Virus record (IMG/VR): IMGVR_UViG_3300037502_003770
Coordinates: 248,695 to 312,694 of that record
Length of the DNA: 64,000 nucleotides
Strand: one strand, 5' to 3'
Position numbers and translations under genes: made by a program. The notes beneath the pieces were generated by a model. That model saw only the letters and a list, made by a program, of their open reading frames with translations. It searched no databases and had not been told where the DNA came from. Each line of letters opens with the position of its first letter. Positions within the stretch are counted from its first letter, which is position 1. Of the stretch, positions 28,880 through 39,409 are shown piece by piece.

Positions 28880-31234
28880 ATGTCAACAAAGTATCTTAAA
28901 CTTAAAGAAAACTATTTTTTAATCAAACAAGAAATAGAAAAAAAAGAAACGGTTTTAAAGAAACCAAATATTAACCATATTATTGTTATTGATTGCTCAG
29001 GTTCAATGTATTACGAACTTGAGTCAATCAGAAAGCAATTAAAAAATAAATTACCTAACTTAGTAAATATAAACGATACTGTTAGTATAATTTATTTTTC
29101 AGGTAAAAACCAATATGGTATTTTAAAAGAATCTGTAGAGATTAAATCTCCTCAACAATTAACAGATTTAAATAAAGCAATTGATAAATGGTTAGTCCCT
29201 ATGGGATTAACAGGTTTTAAACAACCTTTAGAAGAAGTAAAATCTTTAATAGAAAGAATTAAATCTTCTAAAAATGATGGTTCTTTATTTAGTATGTTGT
29301 TTTTAACTGATGGATATGATAATCAATGGTCTGAAAAAGAAATATTAAATGTTATTTCTGATTTAGATAGAGATTTATCAAACGCTACTTTTGTAGAATA
29401 TGGTAACTATTGTAATCATAATCTTTTAGTTAAAATGGCTGAAGGCTGTGGTGGTAAATTAATATATTCAGATAATTTTGATGAATATGATATTATTTTT
29501 GAGAAAGAAATTTCTTTAGAAAGTATCTACCCTAAAACATATGTTAAATTATCACATGTTTCTAATAGCGATATTTATTTCTCTTTTGATAATGTTACTA
29601 AAAATGTATTAACATTTACACCAAATCAAAATAATGAAATCGCTATTAATGATAATTTAGAATATATTTGTTATATTTCTAACACTAAACCTGAAAATTC
29701 TTCATTAATTGAAATAGGTGATACTAGAGATGATATAAATTATTCATTTTTATATCTTCTTTCAATGAAAATGAAGAGTAAAGAAATTTATTATCTTTTA
29801 GAAAACGAACTTAACGATTCTTATTTGTATAATATATACAAAAATTGTATAGGTAAACAAAAGTATAATAGTTTTCAAAATGATATTTTATCATGTTTAA
29901 GTGATAAATCATTAAGATATAGAACTGGTAGAAATTTAGATTTATCAGAATCAAAAGTTTCAGTATTAGATTTAATTTCATTTTTATCTGAGTATCGAAT
30001 AATTACTCATAAAGATTATTTTAAATATAATAAAATTGGTAGAGCTAAAAAATCAGCTTCTTTAGTATTAAATCAAGATGATAAAAATCAAATTTTATCC
30101 TTACTTGAAGATAACTCTAATATAAGTTCTATTGAAAGTTTATTAGAAAGTATCAAAAGTAGTAAACCAAAAGATTTGACTTTTGAATATAAAGAATCTT
30201 TATATGAAAACAACTTTCCTTTTTTGAAAGATATTGTTTATAATACTGATAGAGCTAATTTATCGTTTAGAGTTAAATATGAAGGTCATGTAAATATTAA
30301 AGAAACGTTGCAAAATACTGATGAGTTCATTAAACTTTCAGAAAATAATGTTCCTTTTGATTTCCCAACTTTTATATATAGAACTTTTACTATTATTAAA
30401 GATGGTATTTTAAATATTAGTAAATTACCGATATTTGTACCTTCAGATATAGAAAGTGCTAATAAATTGTTTGATTATTTAAATGATAATAAAATTAAAT
30501 ATGAATTAGAAGTATTTAATGATGATTTTTTAAATGAATCATGTGTTGTTTTAATAGATTTAAATTCTTTACCAATTATCAAACGTTCAGATATTGCTGA
30601 TATTAAAGCAGTTAATACTTTCACTAATTTTGCTAAATTACAAGTATTAAAAGCTAAACAAAAGGTATATAAATACTTTGAAAATGAACACTTCCCTAAA
30701 GTAAGTAAAGGTTTTATTGAATTTTACGGTGAAGAATGTACTAATATTTTAAAGAATTTAGGTTTAACAGAAAGTAATGGTTTTGCACCTAAGACTGTTA
30801 ATGATGAAGTTTCTGATGTGTATATTGCAACTGAAATTAAATTATCAGCTAAAGGGTTAAGTTCTTTCCCTAAAGTTACAGATGTTATAACTAAATTCCA
30901 ATCTGGAAAGAAAATGACTATTTCTGAAAGTTTAATGTATCCTCCAATTAAAGAATATCAAGATTTAGTTAATAGTGAATATTATTTAAATTCTCCTGAT
31001 AAAGATAAGACTAATATTTTATCTAAATTCTTTAAAGAAAGAACAAAAGAAACTATTAATGAAACTAGATATGTTAACAGTTTAATTGCAAAGGATGTAT
31101 TTTCTTTAGTATTATCTCAAACTTGGTTTGAAGAGTTTCAAGAAAATATTGATAATTCAAAAATGAGTATTACTTTAGATAATAATGTTTTTGAAATATC
31201 AGCTGCAATGAAAGAAGTTGAGGTTGCTATATAA
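28880..31234 (+). CDS. vWA-domain protein (784 aa)
   Basis: MIDAS HIIVIDCSGSM, conserved Thr and FLTDG; long C-terminal region of unknown fold. Confidence 0.85.
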   Translation: MSTKYLKLKENYFLIKQEIEKKETVLKKPNINHIIVIDCSGSMYYELESIRKQLKNKLPNLVNINDTVSIIYFSGKNQYGILKESVEIKSPQQLTDLNKAIDKWLVPMGLTGFKQPLEEVKSLIERIKSSKNDGSLFSMLFLTDGYDNQWSEKEILNVISDLDRDLSNATFVEYGNYCNHNLLVKMAEGCGGKLIYSDNFDEYDIIFEKEISLESIYPKTYVKLSHVSNSDIYFSFDNVTKNVLTFTPNQNNEIAINDNLEYICYISNTKPENSSLIEIGDTRDDINYSFLYLLSMKMKSKEIYYLLENELNDSYLYNIYKNCIGKQKYNSFQNDILSCLSDKSLRYRTGRNLDLSESKVSVLDLISFLSEYRIITHKDYFKYNKIGRAKKSASLVLNQDDKNQILSLLEDNSNISSIESLLESIKSSKPKDLTFEYKESLYENNFPFLKDIVYNTDRANLSFRVKYEGHVNIKETLQNTDEFIKLSENNVPFDFPTFIYRTFTIIKDGILNISKLPIFVPSDIESANKLFDYLNDNKIKYELEVFNDDFLNESCVVLIDLNSLPIIKRSDIADIKAVNTFTNFAKLQVLKAKQKVYKYFENEHFPKVSKGFIEFYGEECTNILKNLGLTESNGFAPKTVNDEVSDVYIATEIKLSAKGLSSFPKVTDVITKFQSGKKMTISESLMYPPIKEYQDLVNSEYYLNSPDKDKTNILSKFFKERTKETINETRYVNSLIAKDVFSLVLSQTWFEEFQENIDNSKMSITLDNNVFEISAAMKEVEVAI

Positions 31235-31275
31235 TTTAGCAACTTCAAACTTTATATATTAACAATTTTCAACTT

Positions 31276-31311
31276 GTATTGGTAGTATTTACATATTTAT
31301 ATTACCAATAC
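31276..31311. terminator. Stem-loop upstream of dnaB
   Basis: GTATTGGTA (31276-31284) / TACCAATAC (31303-31311), followed by a short T-run. Confidence 0.45.
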
Positions 31312-31331
31312 TTTTAATCTATATAATAAAA

Positions 31332-32789
31332 ATGTCAAATAATATAGTACTACCACCTTTAACAGAAGAGTTTCAAAGAAAACTTTTATACCATTTATTT
31401 TTTAATTCCACACATTTTACTAAGGATGTTATTACTGAATTAACTCCTCAACACTTCACTAAAGATTCTCATAAAGTAATTTATTCTTTGATAAAGAATT
31501 ATTTTGAAACATATAATGTTTTTCCTAATATTTCTAATATTAAAGAAGAAATCAATACTAATTATGGTAATGAAATAGAAAAAGCTACATACAAAAATGA
31601 ACTTTTAAACATCTTTAATTTAAAGAAAGAAAATAATGATGTTAAGTTTATTGAACAAAATCTTGTAAGATTTATTAAAATACAAATGGTTTCTAACTTT
31701 CAGGAAGAATTATCTGAAATGTTACAATCAGGTGATTTAAGTAAAATAGATATTATACAAGATATTTATAAAAAAATATCACATATTGGTGATAAAGAAG
31801 ATTATGGTGTCAATGTATTTGATGCTGATAATAAAAATGTATTCTCTACTGTACAAAGAGACCCTATTCCAACAGGATTTAAAAATTTAGATAAAGTAAT
31901 TACAGGTTTAGGTAAAGGTAAATTAGGATTGATATTAGCACCTCAAGGTGTTGGTAAAACTACTATTTTAACAGCTATGGCTACCAATGCTTATGAATCT
32001 GGTAAAAAAGTTTTACATGTTATTTTTGATGAAAATGAAGAATCTGAAATTAGAAGGTTAGCCTATGCTAAATGGAGTAAAGTTTCTATTAAAGAATTTT
32101 CTAAACAAAAAGAATTAATTGAAAAAAGAGTAGATGAATTTAAAAAGAAACATTTTAAAACTATATCTTTAGGGTATTATTGTATTAAAAGGTTTTGTAG
32201 TGATGGTATGACAGTTTCTAAATTAAAAAACTGGATTATTAAACACGAAGAAACTATGGGTATTAAATTTGAAATAATTTTTGTTGATTATTTAGATGAA
32301 ATTGAACCTACTAAAAATAAAACAGGTGATATTTATAATGGACAAGTAGAAGTTGTAAAATCATTCCGTTCAATGTTAGTTGATTTAGATATTCCTGGTT
32401 GGAGTGCTATTCAAGCGAAAAAAGAATCTAATACTAAAGCTGTTTTAGATTTAAATGATGTAGGTGGTTCAGCTTCTCGTATTAAAAAAGCACAACTTAT
32501 TGTAGGTATAGCAAGAGATAATGATATGAGAAAACAAGGTACTGCAACTTTTAATATATTAAAATCAAATATATCAGGTTCAGGTCATGTATTCCCTAAT
32601 TCAACTTTTGATACTGAAACATTAAATATTGTTTTAAATAAACCTGAAGGCGGTTCTTGGGATATTAACGAAGATGAAGATGAAAGAGTAGACCAATATG
32701 TTTCTCAAGAAGAGAAAAAAGCCCTTTCTTCAAATAATATTGTTAAAGACGATATAGAAGAACTTATTCATGAAATAGATTTTAATTAA
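31332..32789 (+). CDS. dnaB: DnaB-like replicative helicase
   Basis: LAPQGVGKTT Walker A, IFVDYLD Walker B, AIQ, and an N-terminal DnaB-like helical domain. Confidence 0.9.
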   Translation: MSNNIVLPPLTEEFQRKLLYHLFFNSTHFTKDVITELTPQHFTKDSHKVIYSLIKNYFETYNVFPNISNIKEEINTNYGNEIEKATYKNELLNIFNLKKENNDVKFIEQNLVRFIKIQMVSNFQEELSEMLQSGDLSKIDIIQDIYKKISHIGDKEDYGVNVFDADNKNVFSTVQRDPIPTGFKNLDKVITGLGKGKLGLILAPQGVGKTTILTAMATNAYESGKKVLHVIFDENEESEIRRLAYAKWSKVSIKEFSKQKELIEKRVDEFKKKHFKTISLGYYCIKRFCSDGMTVSKLKNWIIKHEETMGIKFEIIFVDYLDEIEPTKNKTGDIYNGQVEVVKSFRSMLVDLDIPGWSAIQAKKESNTKAVLDLNDVGGSASRIKKAQLIVGIARDNDMRKQGTATFNILKSNISGSGHVFPNSTFDTETLNIVLNKPEGGSWDINEDEDERVDQYVSQEEKKALSSNNIVKDDIEELIHEIDFN

Positions 32790-32799
32790 AAAATAAAAT

Positions 32800-33870
32800 A
32801 TGAAAGACATAAAATTTGATTTTAACGATATAACATTATTTCCTGATACTTTATCAGAAATAGAATCAAGAAAAGAATGTATATCATTATATAATGATGG
32901 TAATTTACCAATTATTTCATCACCAATGTATAGTATAATTCCTCATAATATTAACTATACAGACCTCTCTAAGACGTTGGAACTATTCAAACATAATAGT
33001 ATAGTTCCAACTATTCCTAGAGGCATTACAGTACCTTTATGTTCAAAATACTTTACTTCTTTTTCATTACAAGAATTTAAAGAAAAGTTTTTATCTAAAA
33101 AAATAGATAATAACCCACATAAAGATAAACAACCATATAAAGTATTAATTGATATGGCAAATGGTCATATGAAATCTTTATTAGATGCTGTAATTGAATT
33201 TAGAAAATTATATAATAGAGATGAAATTTTACTTATGGTTGGAAATATTGCAAATCCAAATACATATAGAGAATTATCTCAAGCTGGAGCTGATTATATT
33301 AGAATAGGTATTGGTGGTGGATTTAATTGTTTAACATCTACTCAAACATCAGTACATTATCCTTTAGCTTCTTTAATTATTAGTTGTTACGAACAAAAGA
33401 AATTTTTATTTAATCCAGCTAAAATTGTTGTAGATGGTGGTATTAGAAATTATTCTGATATAATAAAATCCCTTAATTTAGGTGCGGATTATGTTATGTT
33501 AGGTAGTCTAATATCAAAATCATATGATTTACCTAAAGAAAATTATATTAAAATATTTAATAAATATTATAAGATTAATTCTTATTTAAGTAATTATATT
33601 TATTCTAAAACAAAAATTCCTTTATATAGAAAAACAGAAGGAATGTCAAGTAAATCAGTACAAAAACTATGGGGTAAAAAATTAACAACTTCAGAAGGAA
33701 ATGTTACTTATCAAAAAGTAACTCATACAGTAAATAGTTTTGTTAATAATTTAAATGATTATTTAAAATCAGCTATGAGTTATAGTAATTGTAAAACCCT
33801 AGAAGAATTTATAGGTAATCAAAACTTTATTTTTATTACAGAAAACTCTTTTAAACGAATAAATAAATAA
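32800..33870 (+). CDS. guaC: GMP reductase / IMPDH-family enzyme
   Basis: IDMANGH, GNIAN, IRIGIGGGFNCLT (catalytic Cys), VDGGIRNYSDIIKSLNLGADYVMLG; no CBS domains. Confidence 0.75.
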   Translation: MKDIKFDFNDITLFPDTLSEIESRKECISLYNDGNLPIISSPMYSIIPHNINYTDLSKTLELFKHNSIVPTIPRGITVPLCSKYFTSFSLQEFKEKFLSKKIDNNPHKDKQPYKVLIDMANGHMKSLLDAVIEFRKLYNRDEILLMVGNIANPNTYRELSQAGADYIRIGIGGGFNCLTSTQTSVHYPLASLIISCYEQKKFLFNPAKIVVDGGIRNYSDIIKSLNLGADYVMLGSLISKSYDLPKENYIKIFNKYYKINSYLSNYIYSKTKIPLYRKTEGMSSKSVQKLWGKKLTTSEGNVTYQKVTHTVNSFVNNLNDYLKSAMSYSNCKTLEEFIGNQNFIFITENSFKRINK

Positions 33871-33871
33871 T

Positions 33872-34120
33872 ATGTTATATACTGATGGAATACATTTAAT
33901 TACTGATGAAGTATCTATGAATGAATTACATGAATTCGCTGAAAGTATTGGTGTTAAAAGATGTTGGTTTCACAACCCTCGTGGAAAAAATAAACCACAC
34001 TATGATTTAACAAAACCTGAATTAATTGAAAAAGCTATTGAAAATGGAGTAAAATTAGTTTCTTCTAAAGAAATAGTTTTAATATTAAAAGATAGACTAT
34101 CTAAAAAAAACTTTAAATAA
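33872..34120 (+). CDS. DUF4031-family protein
   Basis: ELHEFAESIGVKRCWFH...PHYDLT. Confidence 0.8.
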   Translation: MLYTDGIHLITDEVSMNELHEFAESIGVKRCWFHNPRGKNKPHYDLTKPELIEKAIENGVKLVSSKEIVLILKDRLSKKNFK

Positions 34121-34124
34121 AAAT

Positions 34125-35090
34125 ATGTTAGAAATAAATAAAACACACTTAGATGATTGTTTAAATGTGTTAAAAACAACTGATGAAAATTCAATTGATT
34201 CATTAGTAACAGACCCACCATACGGTATATCATATCAAAATAATGAATGGGACAAATTATTACCTAATAAAGAAATTTGGTCTGAAACTTTAAGGATTTT
34301 AAAGCCAGGTGCTTTTGGTGCTGTATTTTCATCTGTTAGATTAATGCACAGATTAATGGTTGATATTGAAGATAGTGGTTTTATAATAAAAGATGTATTA
34401 TTTTGGGCATACCTGAATGGTATGCCCAAAAATAGAGATATATCATTGGATATAGATAAAGAATTAAATATTGAAAGTAACATTATAGGTGAATATAAAT
34501 ACAAACAGGGGTATGTTAAAGGTGGTTCTGATACATATAAAGCTGATAGTAAATTAAAAAAAGAAGCTAATTCTGAATTAGGAAAGAAATATAAAGGTTC
34601 AGGGTTAGGATTAAAACCAGCATACGAACCTATAATATTGATACAAAAACCTATTGAGTGTGAGAACGTAGCACAAAATATTATAAAATATAGTACAGGT
34701 GTTTTAAATTTAGAAGAATGTAGAATACCTTATTTAAAAAATGAAAAAAAAGTAGGGCATAATCCTCACGATTTAGGTAGAGTTCCTTCTAATATTATTA
34801 GAATAGATGAGTTTGAAGATGATTTAGATAAATTCTTTTTAATACCTAAAGTTCGTCAAAAAGCTGATAAGTTTAATAATCACCCAACAATAAAACCTAT
34901 TGAATTAATAGGACATTTAGTTAATCTAACAAGTTTTAAAAACCAAACAGTATTAGACCCATTTGCAGGTTCAGGCACAACAGGCGTAGCCTGTATAAAT
35001 ACAAATAGAAATTATATTATGATAGAAAAAGAAAAAGAATATTATGATATAATAAATAAAAGAATTGAACAAACTTTAACAAATAAATAA
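34125..35090 (+). CDS. DNA methyltransferase, beta class (N4-C/N6-A)
   Basis: VTDPPY, HPTIKP and VLDPFAGSGTTG motifs. Confidence 0.92.
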   Translation: MLEINKTHLDDCLNVLKTTDENSIDSLVTDPPYGISYQNNEWDKLLPNKEIWSETLRILKPGAFGAVFSSVRLMHRLMVDIEDSGFIIKDVLFWAYLNGMPKNRDISLDIDKELNIESNIIGEYKYKQGYVKGGSDTYKADSKLKKEANSELGKKYKGSGLGLKPAYEPIILIQKPIECENVAQNIIKYSTGVLNLEECRIPYLKNEKKVGHNPHDLGRVPSNIIRIDEFEDDLDKFFLIPKVRQKADKFNNHPTIKPIELIGHLVNLTSFKNQTVLDPFAGSGTTGVACINTNRNYIMIEKEKEYYDIINKRIEQTLTNK

Positions 35091-35095
35091 TTTTT

Positions 35096-35653
35096 ATGAA
35101 TAAAAATCAATTTTTTCTAGCTGCTTTATTAGAATACCTTAAATTAGGTTATATTTATATTAATGATGAAATTTATATTGGTGATATTAAAGAAGCTAGA
35201 AAATCTCATAAACTTTCTTATAATCTTTTTAAAGAAAATTCTATTATAGAATTAGGTGATTTTATAGAACAATTTTATAAAAAACCTATACATAGATTTG
35301 AATTTTTAAGTAAAAATTCTATTATAGATAAAGATACAAATATTCATTATTATTTTACATTTTCATACGATATGAAAAATAATATCAATACTACAACTCT
35401 TAAAGAATTAGCTAAAGAAAAGATTTTAGATGATGTTGAAAATGACTTAGATTATGAATATCATAAGTATTTTGATTTTGATTGGTATGTTAAAGACCAA
35501 CTTAAATATTTCGATTATAATGAATTAGATTATAAAGAAATAGAAGTTAAATGGTTTAATATTCTTGGTACAGATGTTTTTATTAGTGAAAATAAAGATG
35601 CTTTTCAAGAAGAAAAATTTATTGTTAGTAAAAATCAACTTAAACTATTTTAA
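35096..35653 (+). CDS. Hypothetical protein
   Basis: 185-aa ORF. Confidence 0.6.
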   Translation: MNKNQFFLAALLEYLKLGYIYINDEIYIGDIKEARKSHKLSYNLFKENSIIELGDFIEQFYKKPIHRFEFLSKNSIIDKDTNIHYYFTFSYDMKNNINTTTLKELAKEKILDDVENDLDYEYHKYFDFDWYVKDQLKYFDYNELDYKEIEVKWFNILGTDVFISENKDAFQEEKFIVSKNQLKLF

Positions 35654-35706
35654 CAAACAATAAATTTAATAATATTATTAGTAATTTTAAACTAACTAAA
35701 ATTCTA

Positions 35707-36279
35707 ATGAAAAAACAAACGTTTTTTATAAAACCTACTAAAGAAACAATCCTTTCAGAATTAGATAAGTTCAAACAAGTCTTATCTAATTCTGTTGATA
35801 AAAATATTTTTAAAATAAATGAAGATTATAGTAAATATGATTTTTCTTCTTTAAAGAAGAATATTACTAAAAAAGTAGATAATTTATTAAAGGATTTTAA
35901 TAAAATTCATATATGTACTAAATTTAATCATGACCAATCTATGTTTATTCATCATAATTGGAAGTTTTTTTCTAATAAGAAAGAATTACTTTCTTTTATA
36001 AAAAATAATATTATATTAGACTCTAATAATAATGAAATATCTTTTAAGGAATTTTGTAAAAGAAATAACTTAAATTCTAAATTAGAATATACTATTGAGG
36101 AAGAAAACAATGCTTATAAAATATTTTATAACAATTATGATTTTAATATTATGAATAATACTTATAATAATATAAGTAAAGATATTACAATTGAAGAATT
36201 TTATAATGAAGAATTTAAAACAAAGTTTCCACATATATCTTTTGATTTCTATTTAGAAGGATTAAGATTTTTAAATTAA
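35707..36279 (+). CDS. Hypothetical protein
   Basis: 190-aa ORF. Confidence 0.6.
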   Translation: MKKQTFFIKPTKETILSELDKFKQVLSNSVDKNIFKINEDYSKYDFSSLKKNITKKVDNLLKDFNKIHICTKFNHDQSMFIHHNWKFFSNKKELLSFIKNNIILDSNNNEISFKEFCKRNNLNSKLEYTIEEENNAYKIFYNNYDFNIMNNTYNNISKDITIEEFYNEEFKTKFPHISFDFYLEGLRFLN

Positions 36280-36286
36280 TTGTATA

Positions 36287-36868
36287 ATGAATACAAGTCC
36301 TTATAATTTAGGTGATATTACAGCACCAACAAAAAAATATCATATGTTGACTTTTACTGGCAAACATATTAATCCTTTTGAAATTGAACCTGACGATATT
36401 GATATTATTGATATAGGTCAAGCTTTATCAAAGATTTGTCGTTTTGGTGGTCATATAAAACATTTTTATAGTGTTGCTCAACATAGTATTTATGTTTCAC
36501 TTTTTTGTAATCCTGAACATGCTTTATATGGTTTACTACATGATGCAACAGAAGCATATTGTGGTGATGTAATTAGACCAATAAAATATAGAGATGAATT
36601 TAAATTTTATAGAGAAGCTGAAGATATTTTATTCAAAAAAGTATTACTTAAATTTGGTTTAGACCCAAATAAAGAAATTCCTGATGTTTGGAACATTGAT
36701 AATAGTATTCTAATTAATGAAAAGAAAGCTCTTAGCAATACACCTGATTTTGAATGGGATGCTGCTTATAATTTTGAGCCTGTTAATGGTTTAAAAATAA
36801 CAGAATTTCACTCACCAGAAATAGCATTTACTAATTTTATGTCAAGATTTAATGATTTAACAAAATAA
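36287..36868 (+). CDS. HD-domain 5'-deoxynucleotidase (YfbR/YfdR-like)
   Basis: ALSKICRFGGH, YSVAQHS and LLHDATEAYCGD motifs. Confidence 0.88.
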   Translation: MNTSPYNLGDITAPTKKYHMLTFTGKHINPFEIEPDDIDIIDIGQALSKICRFGGHIKHFYSVAQHSIYVSLFCNPEHALYGLLHDATEAYCGDVIRPIKYRDEFKFYREAEDILFKKVLLKFGLDPNKEIPDVWNIDNSILINEKKALSNTPDFEWDAAYNFEPVNGLKITEFHSPEIAFTNFMSRFNDLTK

Positions 36869-36873
36869 TTATT

Positions 36874-37098
36874 ATGTATCTTATTGTAAAATATAAAGAT
36901 AGCGCAATACCAATACCAGATACATTAAATTTAAAAAATTATAGAATGACACTACATTATAGTGATGGTAAAAGTGAAAACTTTTTTCCTGATATGAAAA
37001 ATAATATTTGGGAAAGTGAAATAACTGATAAAATTTATAAATCTGGTGAGGGTGTTAATAATGTTGAACAAATATTATTAATTAAAATGAATAAATGA
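36874..37098 (+). CDS. Hypothetical protein
   Basis: 74-aa coupled ORF. Confidence 0.55.
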   Translation: MYLIVKYKDSAIPIPDTLNLKNYRMTLHYSDGKSENFFPDMKNNIWESEITDKIYKSGEGVNNVEQILLIKMNK

Positions 37099-37511
37099 AA
37101 AAATTAGAGATTGAAATTTTTATTGATGATAAAGATGAATTTACATGCTTTCAATATTTAAAACAAATTTCTTTATTTGAAGATAAATTATCTATTAGAA
37201 AAACAGATATTCCTAATATATATCAATCATTTATTAATGGTGAACATATTTTAGTAATAGAAGTTGATAAACATTTAGATTGTTTTGAATTTGAAATTCA
37301 TCATCGTGATTATTATCCTCATACAGACCAATATGAAATATCAGCTTATAATCTTATAACAAATGAAAGTGTTACTATTATTGATAGCTCTGATTTAGAA
37401 GATATTTTAAATATTGATATGAATGATTTAACAATAATAAATGTTTTCGATACTTTAGAAGGATTAGAAATAAAAGATAAAAAATTTTTACTATTAAAAT
37501 ATGAAAGATAA
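37095..37511 (+). CDS. Hypothetical protein
   Basis: 138-aa coupled ORF. Confidence 0.6.
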   Translation: MKKLEIEIFIDDKDEFTCFQYLKQISLFEDKLSIRKTDIPNIYQSFINGEHILVIEVDKHLDCFEFEIHHRDYYPHTDQYEISAYNLITNESVTIIDSSDLEDILNIDMNDLTIINVFDTLEGLEIKDKKFLLLKYER

Positions 37512-38109
37512 TAAAATTAAATTTATTGGAATAAGTGGAAAAATTGGTTCAGGTAAAGATACCTCCGCTTTAGAATTAAGAACTATTATTAATAATCATT
37601 TTAAAAATGAGGTGATTAAACCTGAAATATATATTAGATATTTTGCAGATACTTTAAAAGAAATAACTTCTATTTTATCAGGTGTAGAAATAAACAAACT
37701 TTATACTCAAGAAGGTAAAAATATTTACGTAGATTCATTTGAAATGACAACAGGTGAGATGTTACAAAAATTAGGTACTGATGTAATGAGAAATCATTTT
37801 GATACTGATGTTTGGATAAAAGCATTATTAAATAATTATTATACATATCCAAAAAATACAATATTTATTTTACCTGATGTAAGGTTTGAAAATGAATATA
37901 ATCTAGTAAATGAAAATGGTATTATGATTAGAATTAATGGAGACCCTGCATTAGTTAGAGCAAATTCTAATAGAGATTTAAATCACATATCTGAAACAGC
38001 ATTGGATAACGCTGATTTTGAATATGTTATTAATAATAATGGTACTCTTACTGAATTAAGAGAAAAACTTGAACAAATTTTTTCTGAAATAAAAAGCGAT
38101 TTAATATAA
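37501..38109 (+). CDS. Deoxynucleoside monophosphate kinase
   Basis: IGISGKIGSGKDT P-loop, LQKLGTDVMR and DVRFENE motifs. Confidence 0.9.
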   Translation: MKDNKIKFIGISGKIGSGKDTSALELRTIINNHFKNEVIKPEIYIRYFADTLKEITSILSGVEINKLYTQEGKNIYVDSFEMTTGEMLQKLGTDVMRNHFDTDVWIKALLNNYYTYPKNTIFILPDVRFENEYNLVNENGIMIRINGDPALVRANSNRDLNHISETALDNADFEYVINNNGTLTELREKLEQIFSEIKSDLI

Positions 38110-38154
38110 GTTATATAACTTTTAATAAATCAAAAACTTTATAACTAATACAAT

Positions 38155-38334
38155 ATGAAAACAGTAAATATTTTAATTCAAGCAAAAGAAAAATTTGAAT
38201 CTATCGAAAAAATTAATGAATATCTTAATAATAATATAGATGAGGTTAATAAGTTTAATGAAACTAAAAAACAAATTAATCTTTTAACCAAAAAATATAA
38301 ACGTAAATTAAAAGAATTAACTGATAAAATTTAA
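38155..38334 (+). CDS. Small hypothetical protein (59 aa, missed by the ORF track)
   Basis: Hand translation MKTVNILIQAKEKFESIEKINEYL...KLKELTDKI fills the intergenic gap. Confidence 0.55.
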   Translation: MKTVNILIQAKEKFESIEKINEYLNNNIDEVNKFNETKKQINLLTKKYKRKLKELTDKI

Positions 38335-38361
38335 TCTTTTATAAAGAAATATTTAATATTT

Positions 38362-39120
38362 ATGTTAGAAATAAATAAAACATATCTTGGTGATTGTTTA
38401 GAAATAATGAAAGATATTGATAATAAATCAATAGATTTAATATTATGTGATTTGCCATATGGTACAACGCAATGTAAATGGGATGTGATAGTTCCTTTTG
38501 ATAAACTTTGGCAACAATATGAAAGAATAATAAAAGATAATGGTGCGATTCTTCTTTTCGCCCAAACACCTTTTGATAAAGTTTTAGGTTGTTCAAATTT
38601 ACCTTTACTTAGATATGAGTGGATATATGAAAAGGGAACGGCTACAGGTTCTTTAAATTCTAAAAAGATGCCAATGAAAGCACATGAAAATATTTTAGTA
38701 TTTTATAAAAATCTTCCTACTTATAATCCTCAAAAAACATACAATCATAAACCTGTTAATAGTAATTTTAAAACAGCTGCGGTTTATAATAAATCACCGA
38801 TTTATGGTAAAGTAAATAAAGATATTAAAGGTGGAGGCAATACTGATAGGTTACCAAGAAGCGTAATTAAATTTTCAACAGACACTCAAAAGAATAGAAA
38901 AAAAGAATTTAATTTCCCAACTCAAAAACCTGTCGCTTTATGTGAATATTTAATAAAAACATATTCTAATGAAGGGAATTTAGTTTTGGATAATTGTGCA
39001 GGTTCAGGAACAACTGGTATTGCTGCAATTAATACAAATAGAAATTATATTATGATTGAAAATAATGAAAATCATTTTAATTTAATAAATAAAAGAATCG
39101 AAGAAACTTTAACAAAATAA
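38362..39120 (+). CDS. DNA methyltransferase, beta class; paralog of 34125
   Basis: LCDLPY, FPTQKP and VLDNCAGSGTTG motifs. Confidence 0.92.
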   Translation: MLEINKTYLGDCLEIMKDIDNKSIDLILCDLPYGTTQCKWDVIVPFDKLWQQYERIIKDNGAILLFAQTPFDKVLGCSNLPLLRYEWIYEKGTATGSLNSKKMPMKAHENILVFYKNLPTYNPQKTYNHKPVNSNFKTAAVYNKSPIYGKVNKDIKGGGNTDRLPRSVIKFSTDTQKNRKKEFNFPTQKPVALCEYLIKTYSNEGNLVLDNCAGSGTTGIAAINTNRNYIMIENNENHFNLINKRIEETLTK

Positions 39121-39154
39121 AAATAGTTTAATAGTAACAAAAAATTTAAATAAT

Positions 39155-39409
39155 ATGAAAAAAACTACATTAGAAAATTTAATAGAACTTAAAGAAAAAC
39201 TACCTTCATTTCATAGTAGACGTAATTTTGTAAAATTACAAGAATTCAATTTATATATTAAATACCATACTTATCAACAGGACCAAAAACTTATTGATGA
39301 AAAATATAATCAATACCTTGATTGTTTAGAATATTATTTTAATGATGTTTTTAGTTTTTATAATCATAATTATGATAATGAAAAAATTTTTAATAGATAC
39401 ATTTATTGA
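39155..39409 (+). CDS. Hypothetical protein
   Basis: 84-aa ORF. Confidence 0.5.
   Translation: MKKTTLENLIELKEKLPSFHSRRNFVKLQEFNLYIKYHTYQQDQKLIDEKYNQYLDCLEYYFNDVFSFYNHNYDNEKIFNRYIY

Noticed and set aside
36287-36868. DatZ-type dATPase indicating a 2-aminoadenine (Z) genome
   Set aside because: No PurZ or MazZ is in the window, adenine-type MTases are present, and a generic YfbR/YfdR-like call is sufficient.
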